Origin: Haliotis rufescens | Lineage: Eukaryota | DNA: 64,000 nt | Direction of reading: 5' to 3' | Assembly: GCF_023055435.1 (NCBI RefSeq) | Contig: NW_025963779.1 | Coordinates: 36,642,001 to 36,706,000, forward strand | In this document: positions 24,401-36,400 of the stretch, piece after piece | Position numbering within the stretch: position 1 is the first letter of the stretch | Layout of the letters: the number at the start of each line of letters is the position of its first letter | Notes under the pieces: model-generated | Told to the model about the DNA's origin: nothing | Database searches by the model: none | Seen by the model: the letters and a program-made list of their open reading frames with translations, nothing else | Translations under genes and position numbers: made by a program

Positions 24401-27400
24401 GTGCACGTGGCGTATTATTACAACTCTATAACTTCACAATGCGAGGTATTACGCCTTTGCAATGAAAGAAATGTACCATACATACAGTTTGGTCAGCCAT
24501 GGTTCTTGTCGAATGATAGATTTCTTTTATTTTTGTCTTGTGTGAAAAATCAACACGTCTGTCTCTTACAGATGACATAAGGAAAGTGATTTGGGTGAGA
24601 GTTGCTCCCCCTGGCGTGAGGCGCCGTTGGGGGTGAGGCCCCGTAAGGGTGGTCGTATATCATACAAAAACGAAGTTTTTTGTGTGGTAACATTTTTTAT
24701 TAAAGAAAAATGGTTACAACTATGTCATGTAGATTTTCTTGAGCAAGGAAAATGCAAAAAGTGCCCCAAGGAGGATTTAATCAGAAAGAAAATTTTGTAT
24801 ATAAATTTCAAACTGTAAACAATAATAATGCCAAGTGTCATATGTAGTATTGCATTACATGCTAATCACAGATTAATGTAGTCATTTTGTCTCAGTAGAT
24901 AATGAACTATTGAATGTAACAGTTGCTAGAAGCGTGTCCTACCGTGTGAGAGCCTCCTGGTGCTGGCCTGTGTGGAACAGGATCCGGCCACGGAGGGCCT
25001 CTCTCTCACCATCAGTCTCTGGCACATCGCCCAGGTGGTGCTGACAATACACATTCACAAATGGGGAATTAATCATGTTAAGGTTTCAGGTTTGATATCA
25101 GGTTAATTTGATAATTCTGATAGGATTAACATTATCTTTGAGTCCTTGATAGGCATTTTAAAGTGGGTACGAAAAAATAACAAGACATTGGAATGACAAC
25201 TTCTGAAACAATTTCAATATTTGAGAAAAAAAGGTTTGCTTTAGCCGTATGTGTTGAGTAAGGATGTAATTCCCTAATACAGTTGAAGAACAAAACTGCA
25301 TGCAGATCAGTGGAATAAAGTGTTGGATAAAATCTTCTTCTGCTCTCTTTGTTTCATCTCTTTTCAACAATGACCTTTTAAAAACTGATGATAAGTTTTG
25401 TAAAGCAGAAATAGCATGATCACAATGATTTAATGGAGAGGTGTCTTGTTGACTGACATGAGTGAATGCTACAGTCAGCAATATTCCAGCTGCATCACCA
25501 AATAATCTCGTCAGCGCCTACCGCAAACTAGTGGTTGACAACATGAGCGATGATTCACACCATCAGGGTATGAAGACACACATTGCAACATGGTTGTCAT
25601 TAGTTTGGGTCTTTACACGTCAGTTGCAGGGCATCCCTTCTGCCCTGGTATCCTCACAGGGGTCTTGTTGATGCAGTGGAGCAAGGACTACTAGGCCTTG
25701 TCATGCTGCTATCTGTCCTAACTGGTTCCCCTCACATTCATCTACACTAACCTGTGCATCTGCTATATTCCCTTGCTTCAGACAAATGTATACCAGGAGG
25801 CTTCTAGACTCTGGACTTTCAATCACATCCTGAAAATTGAGTGAAGAAATGAATCTCCAATCTGTACATGTTAGTAATAACTTTAATTAACAAAGGAAAT
25901 CAAACTTAGGAGCTCATAAAGCAGAAAATAACCACATAACTGATCAATGTCACGACTACCAGATTTCAAGATTTGATCAGTGAACTGAGGATTGCAATTT
26001 ACTATGATCTCATAACCTGAAATTGCAAACCAACTGGATTTATTGTTTAATTGTTATTTAACGCCACACTCAGCAATATTACAGCTAAATGACAGCGGTC
26101 TGTCAATATTCGAGTCTGGACCAAAACAATACTGAGATACAAGCAGATGTGCCTTGTTTTTCCAAGGTTGTTGTCATAGAATGAATATACAACTCTCAAT
26201 GTATTTAGAAGTAGACAAAAATTTAAATGATTAAGGGTGCTGGCTGTTTCTCAAGTTACATGTGCTTAACAGTTTAATGTGTTTGTTGTTTAACGCCGCA
26301 CTCAGCATATTCCAGCTATATGATGATGGTCTGTAAATAATCGAGTCTGGACAAGACAATCCAGTGATTGACATCATGAGCATTGATCCACGCAATTGGG
26401 ATACGATGAAATGCATCAACTAAGTCAGCGAGCCTGACCACCCAAATCCCGCCTTTTACAGCAAGCATGGGTTGCTGGGATCTTCACAGGCTCAAACCAA
26501 CAGGATGAAACAAAACAATTTAGTGGGGAGTAAATGTATTAAGAATGACGACAGACATGACTTGTTTGTAAATGTAATGGTCAGTCAGTTCAACTCATAC
26601 ATGGTTGTCAGCTTTTAGCAGTGGGGGGTGTGACTGCTGACAGTGATCAGCCATGCAGGCTCAAGCTCCTCACATATGTGGAGCTCCCTACACTATCACT
26701 GCCACCAGTCACTGTAATAGGCGGCCACAGAACTGACTCTACAGACTAGGGGGAGATAACTCTAGATGTGTACCTGTGACAGGATCTCCCTTGCCTGTGC
26801 CAGACAGTGGTGTGAACCGACTCTACAGACTAGGGGCAGATAACTCTAGATGTGTACCTGTGACAGGATCTCCCTTGACTGTGCCAGACAGTGGGGTGTA
26901 CCGACTCTACAGGGGGCAGATAACTCTAGATGTGTACCTGTGACAGGATCTCCCTTGACTGTGCCAGACAGTGGGGTGAACCGACTCTACAGGGGGCAGA
27001 TAACTCTAGATGTGTACCTGTGACAGGATCTCTCTTGCCTGTGCCAGACAGTGGGGTGAACCGACTCTACAGGGGGCAGATAACTCTAGATGTGTACCTG
27101 TGACAGGATCTCCCTTGCCTGTGCCAGACAGTGGGGTGAACCGTCTCTACAGGGGGCAGATAACTCTAGATGTGTACCTGTGACAGGATCTCCCTTGCCT
27201 GTGCCAGACAGTGGGGTGAACCGACTCTACAGGGGGCAGATAACTCTAGATGTGTACCTGTGACAGGATCTCTCTTGCCTGTGCCAGACAGTGGGGTGTA
27301 CCGACTCTACAGGGGGCAGATAACTCTAGATGTGTACCTGTGACAGGATCTCTCTTGCCTGTGCCAGACAGTGGGGTGAACCGACTCTTCAGGGGGAAGA

Positions 27401-30400
27401 TAACTCTAGATGTGTACCTGTGACAGGATCTCCCTTGCCTGTGCCAGACAGTGGGGTGAACCGACTCTACAGGGGGCAGATAACTCTAGATGTGTACCTG
27501 TGACAGGATCTCCCTTGCCTGTGCCAGACAGTGGGGTGTACCGACTCTACAGGGGGCAGATAACTCTAGATGTGTACCTGTGACAGGATCTCCCTTGCCT
27601 GTGCCAGACAGTGGTGTGAACCGACTCTACAGACTAGGGGCAGATAACTCTAGATGTGTACCTGTGACAGGATCTCCCTTGACTGTGCCAGACAGTGGGG
27701 TGAACCGACTCTACAGGGGGCAGATAACTCTAGATGTGTACCTGTGACAGGATCTCCCTTGCCTGTGCCAGACAGTGGGGTGAACCGACTCTACAGGGGG
27801 CAGATAACTCTAGATGTGTACCTGTAACAGGATTTCCCTTGCCTGTGCCAGACAGTGGGGTGAACCAACTCTACAGGGGGCAGATAACTCTAGATGTGTA
27901 CCTGTAACAGGATTTCCCTTGCCTGTGCCAGACAGTGGGGTGAACCGACTCTACAGGGGGCAGATAACTCTAGATGTGTACCTGTGACAGGATCTCTCTT
28001 GCCTGTGCCAGACAGTGGGGTGAACCGACTTTACAGGGGGCAGATAACTCTAGATGTGTACCTGTGACAGGATCTCTCTTGCCTGTGCCAGACAGTGGGG
28101 TGAACCGACTCTACAGGGGGCAGATAACTCTAGATGTGTACCTGTGACAGGATCTCCCTTGCCTGTGCCAGACAGTGGGGTGAACCGACTCTACAGGGGG
28201 CAGATAACTCTAGATGTGTACCTGTGACAGGATCTCCCTTGCCTGAGCCAGACAGTGGGGTGAACCGACTCTACAGGGGGCAGATAACTCTAGATGTGTA
28301 CCTGTGACAGGATCTCCCTTGCCTGAGCCAGACAGTGGGGTGAACCGACTCTACAGGGGGCAGATAACTCTAGATGTGTACCTGTGACAGGATCTCCCTT
28401 GCCTGTGCCAGACAGTGGGGTGAACCGACTCTACAGGGGGCAGATAACTCTAGATGTGTACCTGTGACAGGATCTCCCTTGCCTGTGCCAGACAGTGGGG
28501 TGAACCGACTCTACAGACTAGGGGCAGATAACTCTAGATGTGTACCTGTGACAGGATCTCCCTTGACTGTGCCAGACAGTGGGGTGAACCGACTCTACAG
28601 GGGGGAGATAACTCTAGATGTGTACCTGTGACAGGATCTCCCTTGACTGTGCCAGACAGTGGGGTGAACCGACTCTACGAGGGGAGATAACTCTAGATGT
28701 GTACCTGTGACAGGATTTCCCTTGCCTGTGCCAGACAGTGGGGTGTACCGACTCTACAGGGGGCAGATAACTCTAGATGTGTACCCGTGACAGGATCTCT
28801 CTTGCCTGTGCCAGACAGTGGGTTGAACCGACTCTACAGGGGGCAGATAACTCTAGATGTGTACCTGTGACAGGATCTCTCTTGCCTGTGCCAGACAGTG
28901 GGGTGAACCGACTCTACAGGGAGCAGATAACTCTAGATGTGTACCTGTGACAGGATCTCCCTTGCCTGTGCCAGACAGTGGGGTGAACCGACTCTACTGA
29001 CTAGGGGCAGATAACTCTAGATGTGTACCTGTGACAGGATCTCCCTTGCCTGTGCCAGACAGTGGGGTGAACCGACTCTACTGACTAGGGGCAGATAACT
29101 CTAGATGTGTACCTGTGACAGGATCTCCCTTGCCTGTGCCAGACAGTGGGGTGAACCGACTCTACAGGGGGCAGATAACTCTAGATGTGTACCTGTGACA
29201 GGATCTCCCTTGCCTGTGCCAGACAGTGGGGTGAACCGACTCTACAGGGGGCAGATAACTCTAGATGTGTACCTGTGACAGGATCTCTCTTGCCTGTGCC
29301 AGACAGTGGGGTGAACCGACTTTACAGGGGGCAGATAACTCTAGATGTGTACCTGTGACAGGATCTCCCTTGCCTGTGCCAGACAGTGGGGTGAACCAAC
29401 TCTGTACAAACAGGTGGCTTTCAAGAGCTGGAGTTCACAGGTGATGGATTTGCTGGGCAATGTCAATAGGCGGTTCTTCTTCTCTAGTGCCTTCAGTCCT
29501 GTACAGAAGGAAATACATACTGACATAAATCGGCCAAAGAAACAGAAATGAGTGAGTGGGCTCAGTTACAGTTATCTTGTTGGAGTATCAGTTCATGCTG
29601 GCCGAAAGCCTAAAGTGATGCAGGTCGTACATGTTTAGCACTTTGGTGAAACTCAAAAGTATTGGTAAAGTGCTGACAAACCAAAGAGCATATTGAGATC
29701 AAATCTGATCAGCAGATCCTGGTGTGACAAAGAGAAAAAACTCAACACAGAATCATATAAAATGGGGCTTCAACTTTGTGCAAAAATGATGAAGGAATAT
29801 TGTAGTGAGTGAAAGTAGATATCAGCTAATAATTCAGTCAAAAAGCAACGGAACACTTAAGCATATAAATGATAGCAGGAGGTTAACCATCTATAACACA
29901 GGTGGCATATGTTCTTTTCATACTCACAAGCCATGTTGGCCAGCTTATCCTGCTTCTATCATCCAAGGATGAGTCAGTCGCCTTCTGGGCAGAGAAATTC
30001 TTACCTTTATCAGCGATTTCAACACATGCCATGTCTGTGTGTAACTGCTGGTGACATCTGGCTAAGAACACATAGCCACTCACAACACTCGTGAGGCTGT
30101 TCATTCCTAGAAGGTAACATCAAATCCATGATTCTGGCTAATCAATATCCCACAAGTTAATATATTTCTTTCATCTCCTAACGTACAATGATTTCAATGT
30201 AAAACTGTAAATTCATGCATCTAATGTAGCAGCATCGTACATGGATTATCTGGGATTCTGGATAAACTTCATCCCTCTTACAATAACAGAACTGACACAC
30301 ATATCACAACATAGCCCTATCACAGTACCCTTCCATGTACTTGCCTTGCTGCAGGAGGTCTCTGGCCTCCACCAGCTTCTGGTCCGCCAGTTGAATCACT

Positions 30401-33400
30401 CCCTGGGACAGACTCACATATGGGCTGCTGGCTGATAGAGCTCCAAGTTTCTGAGACACATCCCTCAGAGTGGAGCTGACTCTGTCATCAGAACCTAAAG
30501 CAAAAAAATTGAACATGTTTTCAACTTACTGGTAGTTAAACTGCATAGCTGCTGAAAACAGTGTACAAGCCAAGTATGTGCATATACCACAGGTCTGTCG
30601 CAGAAGGTCCTTAGAGGTCCTCATAGAAAATGTCCCTATCCAGCATGTCACTTTTTAAACAGAAATCCTTTAAGGCAGTTAGTTGGCTGTGGTGAAGATT
30701 GAGTAATCCTTACAGCCAGTATGATACTGTGTATAGTCCCATGACAAATGTTTGGAGTGAGTGAGTGAATGCTGTTTGACTACACAGTCAGCAATATGCC
30801 TGATATATGAGTTGGTGATTCTTACTTATCTCTGCATCAGCAATTTTGTCTAGAGTCTAGATATATGTCACGGTAGTCTGTCAATACTGTTATTGAATAT
30901 GGGCCAGGCAAACCAGTGACTAAAAGCATCAGGTTAAATGACATACAATTTCAGGCACATCACACAGCCTCACCACCTGATCCCTCTTTGTGGACTCAAA
31001 CTACAAGCAAGGGTTACTGGGCCAGGCAAACGAGGGGCTGACTGCATGAGCAAAGATCAAAGGGGTACCACGACCCATGATCAGCCAGATCACACATTGC
31101 AACCACCTGGTTCCCATCAGTCATCACATACAGCAAACACAGGCGGATATGCCAACCCTAATTGAAACTCGGGCATAATCAGATGGGTAATTTCTTGTGA
31201 AAGCAAGTAATGTTTGAGAATCTCGGATGCAGGTTTTCACTTCAATGTTTTCATAAGGCTTAGACTTAACTGAACAGACATAAGCGAAACAAATTCCTCT
31301 TTGGACGCTAATTCACTGTTTTTCAGACCAATAATTTTGTGTTTCGACTTCCAAAGAAAAAATGATGTACATGCAATAAGTTTCCTATCCACACCAGCAA
31401 AGATGGATCGATAAATGACTTGACCGTGTTACAACCAATCACAGATCACGTCAATGAGTAATAGATATTTTAATGCTAAGTGAATTGAAAGCATGGCTCT
31501 CATTGGTCAGCACAGAATGCTTTATGTCACTGGTGCAGTAAAAATTTGCTCTCCATGATATTTTATGCATGTAAAAGTGAAATTTGGGGGTAAAATCATA
31601 ACTATTACATCAAAATTGTGGTCAGGCTTGCTGACTTAGTTGATGCATGTTATCGTATCCCAATTGCGTGGATTGATGCTCATGATGTCAATCACTGGAT
31701 TGTCTGGTCCAGACTCGATTATTTACAGACCGCTGTCATATAGCTGAGTGTGGCGTTAAATAACAAACAAACAAACAACATCAAAATTGTAATGGTTGGT
31801 ATCTCTCCATGAGATGCATGGGACATTTTTTCCCTCTGATTCCACAGAGCACAATCTGATTCAATCCTCAGTTTTCTCCGATATGATACCTCTCTGCATG
31901 AAGTATCAGCATTCAGACAAGCATTCCTGATTTCTGTATCTCGAAAACAAACATGATCAGAGAGTTCAGAATGTAAAGAAATAAACCCGTGCTATTATAT
32001 CATTAGGTTAAGATTGGGAAGCCAAAGTTCGCTCAGAGTTCACCTGGCGTGACCTTCTATGGAGGTGTCCTCAGCCCTTCACACAGAGATATTATAATGA
32101 GAATACACAGAGAAAAGACTGAGTCCTATCCTACAGGGAGAGAGATGTAGTTATGGCCACCCACCCTGGAGGTTCTCCTCCAGCAGCAACAGAGTCCAGG
32201 TCTCCAGGACATAGAGGTTGGCAGGGTACCGGTCATGGAGGCTTCGACACTCTTCCCACAAGCTGGACCGGGGACCATGCTGAAAGAGGGAGCAGTTTGG
32301 CTTCAAACTTAAATACTATATATATATATATCTAAGTTTTAAAAAGCTCAGGTTGCCTACCGGTAATAGTCTGTGTCATTTTCAGTCAAAACAGGGTTCC
32401 ATTCAACAAGGTAATGTTGGTAGTGACTAAGTCTGTGTTACGTTGACAACCAACAACTGTAATAGTGCTATGACCACAACGTGGACCAGTGCCCAGGGTT
32501 TAGTCCAGTGGTTGGTCACCTACCTTGACCAGCAGCTCCAGGAACTGCTGTATCAGTCTCTCACTGCCCTCTGCCGGCAGATCTTCTAATGATACTGCCT
32601 CCTTGCATGTCTTCAACATCTGGGAAGCAGATCATTGACCACAATCACATAAACACCATAACACTCTCCACAAGTATCTTCCATTTCAAAAACATCTAAT
32701 AACTTCAGACAGACACCAATATGTGATCACTGTATTTCAATGTAATATTGTTCTTAATATGGGGCCTTTTTTATTACGTAAACTAAAAACCACTGTCAGC
32801 ACCTCAGTGGTCAAAAAGAAACCATAACTGCAAAAACATGTCGTTCTTGCACCCACTTGCACAAAGCGATCTTAGCACTATGACTATCTTAAGTCTATGT
32901 TAGAGTATGGGAGTAAGGATCAACGTGGCAGTCACGGTGCTGGAGTAATTATGATAACTGTTGCACTGACCAGTTCTTGATATTCAGTAGAGAGAGTCTT
33001 CTGACCATGTAGGACATCAAACAGAGACATGAGTGCGTTCATGCGCTGCTGTCCAGCCTGGTCCTCGGACAGCACATGCCGGTACATGCTCACAGCCTGG
33101 GGGAAGACAACAGTTCAAGCACATGTCAGAGTAATGTTATAACACATAACCGCCATACAAACAAGCCTTTATTACTCGTAATATCTATCCATGATTAACT
33201 GTGACACAGCTGTTATCATCTCAGTCATAACAGCAACAGATCTTTGAATCTAAGTATGCTGATTAGCTGAAAATTGCAAAAAAATTAATATCATGAAATG
33301 AATTAAATGAAATAACAGAAGAGATTACACGTGTAATATTTTCTAATCATTCATTAAAGCTACCTTTTAAATAATGTTACATACATGTATAATAAAATAA

Positions 33401-36400
33401 AAAAAATTAAAACTTACAGTGAATCAGAAAAATTACATAAGTTCTTTTGTGAACAAGTTAAATGTAGAATCAGTTTGTATCGTAACAGTCAAGAGCAGTC
33501 CAAAGAACGTGAAGAACATGGACTAAGAGATGAATCTTCTTTTAATGCATGTTAAAAGCCACTACCTCGTCCACATTCCCCAGTTTCCCATGAAGCTGGG
33601 CAAGTTTCCTCCCTATGTCCAGCATCTTCTCCTTGTCACTGATGGAGGGAAACACAAGGATTCATGTCTCCAGACAAACACACACTTTCAATTATCTGAA
33701 TTTAAACATATGTAGCCATCTTCATATACAATGCAACATTTTTCAGAATTCTCTTGAATACTTATTCCTGAACATGCTGCAGCTATTGTGTTATTGACCT
33801 ACCTAGCCTGTAGAGACATCAGCTTCTTGTACACACTGGCCAGGTCAGCATCATTTTCGGGAGATGGGTTCTTCTCGTAAAACCCACACAGACCCTGAAA
33901 ATCAACTAAGGCTTTAACATGGATAAATAGCTAAATATTAGTATGATAAGGCTGCATTGATAAAAATTCTCTGGCACATTTTTCTCAAAGGTGAGGGGGA
34001 ATAGGACTTGTTTATTGTTTTTATTGAAAGGTAAAGTGATGCAGAGCTCCAGATAAGCTTTTGGTGTTGTGGGTATTTTACCCATGCATTTTAAAATCAT
34101 TGGGTATCAGTAATTCTATCTGGGTATTCAAATTTTGTTACCCACCAGTTTTTACACATGTGGGTATTTAAGTTAAATATTTAAAAACACAATATTTATC
34201 TAGTCCCTGCAAACTGGTGTCGTGTGGGTTCGAGAGCTTTATAGGACTCAAAAATACCACGATACTTCCACAAGAAAGTGTGATGGCAAATGATCATGAT
34301 GTAACTGTCATCATGGAGTTTGGCAAGGTTGACGGAATGTCCGTTAATAATTTCAAAATAAGTTGCTTATTTGCTAATCGAGTACGCAGGGTTACTTCAC
34401 AATATTTTGATGATACGCACAAGTTTTATTTTTGTAGCGAATCTGTAATGTTCGTTGCTTATTTGATACGCTTGGATTTTATTTTACTGCGTAGTTCTGC
34501 ATTTTTTATGCGTATTTTACCCAGATATGCAGCTTATCTGGAGCTCTGTGATGAGGGAGAAACTCTTTTGATATTGAATTGTTTGATATGTATTTCTGAG
34601 AAGTTGACGGATGAAAAAGTAGACACAATTTATGGATAACAACTTCTTTATATTACTGTAATGGCAACATTCAGTATAGATTCTTATACCGTTGTCAAGC
34701 AAGATGGTAATGGAGATGTTTCGGTACAGATCCTTTTACTGTTGTCAAGCAAAACAGTAATGGCAACATTTTGGGACAGACCCTTACACCGTTGTCAAGC
34801 AAAACTGTAATGACGACGTTTCGGTATAGATCCTTTTACCATTGTCAAGCAAGACTGTAATGGCGACGTTTCGGCATAAATCCTTACACCGTTGTCAAGC
34901 AACACTGTAATGGAGATGCTTTGGTACAGATCCTTATACTGTTGTCACACAAGACTGTAATGGCAACGTTTTGGTATTGATCCTTTTACCATTGTCAAGC
35001 ATGACTGTAATAGCGACGTTTCGGCATAATTCCTTACACCGTTGTCAAGCAACACTGTAATGGAGATGTTTCGGTACAGATCCTTATACTGTTGTAAAGC
35101 AAGACTGTAATGGCCACATTTTAGGCATTGATCCTTACACTGTTGTCAAACAATACTGTAATCGCGACGTTTCGGCATAAATCCTTACACCGTTGTCAAG
35201 CAACACTGAAATGGAGATGCTTCGGTACAGATCCTTATACTGTTGTCAAGCAAAACTGTAATGGCAACGTTTCGGTATAGATCCTTACATTGTTGTCAAG
35301 TTTATAACGTTATATTGTTCACACCAAGCATACTAAGAAACACAACTGGGCACATATTGAACTCAATCCTTTAATACACTGTCAGATGTCAAACATGATT
35401 CATATGACCTAGATTTGACAAATATTCTTATATTCACCATAAAAATTACAGGCATAGAGGAACTAAAGAAATGTGCCAATGCACAAGAAACATTTCGTTA
35501 TTTCATACTTAAGACTTTCAAACATTTCTATATTCACAACTCAGAGCTAGGGGTGAAATGATACAGCAAGGTCATGATACGATATGTATCATGATACATA
35601 GGTCAAGCTACGATACGTATCGTGATACACATATTTACGACAAATCGTGTGGAAACTTCTTGACTATAATATTTCAGAGCAGGTTCAAAAGGTAAAACTA
35701 GCTGTAGATACATGTTTATAATGGCTATTTTAAGTAGTGAACATGAAACGCTAATTCCATACACATTTTGCAACATTTGACTGACAAAAACGCTGAGGCT
35801 CATTATAAGAGTAGTGATGAGTTGAGGTGAAATGTCACGTTCAATATTATTACACTTATATAGCGACTTGCCTCAGAACTTCCGCTCTCCAGGGTGAACA
35901 CTCTCCACTAGACCACGGAGGTGGTTCTAATAAATAATAAGTAATTTATTTTAGCAGATGTATCACCTTGTATCGATAGAGTAAAACATGTATTGTGTAT
36001 TGTATAGTTTCATGAAAACTCACGATGCACTGGTGCACCGATTTATCATGTCCCCCCAGTACCTCACACAAACTGATAAAATATGATATCACCCTGTTGC
36101 TGATCGAGGCCTTTCCAAGCCTGTGCACACTGTGCATGTACATACCTGCCATGCTAGAATCTGCTCGGGTGCTGCATCTATGGCTTTCTTGTAAGCCTTC
36201 AGTGCCTTGTCAGCCTGCTCCAGACCCTCAGCAGCCACGCCCACAAACACCAGGGCATTGTAGTTGGTCTTGTCACTAGCTAGCACTGTCTGAAATATAC
36301 AACCAACAGTACAGCATCCAATCTTGGGGAGATGCAGTAATTGAGGTGACTGGGCTGATTGGTGGAAAATACCAAATACATGGGTCTTATTACCCATTCT

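Larger units (their letters stand above)
12424..24792 (-). mobile_element. DIRS1-type tyrosine-recombinase retrotransposon, outer (interrupted, degenerate) copy
   Basis: Left ITR about 24792-24574, right ITR about 12665-12424, internal complementary region (ICR) 12698-12792. Decayed gag (17670-15940), RT with YLDD (15218-15763), RNase H LELRAV and methyltransferase VDLFAS (14416-14900), [10 protein letters not shown] and AH*VR (13260-14170). Many deletions and frameshifts. The 5' part (24021-24792) is separated from the body by the inner element. Confidence 0.9.

Noticed and set aside
26733-29405. CRISPR-like array
   Set aside because: No unique spacers and no cas genes; eukaryotic exon-derived tandem repeat. 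The same applies to the other arrays.
34217-34639. 140-aa ORF
   Set aside because: Lies within a MITE and its flank; no recognisable domain, and the sister copy has a stop in this frame.
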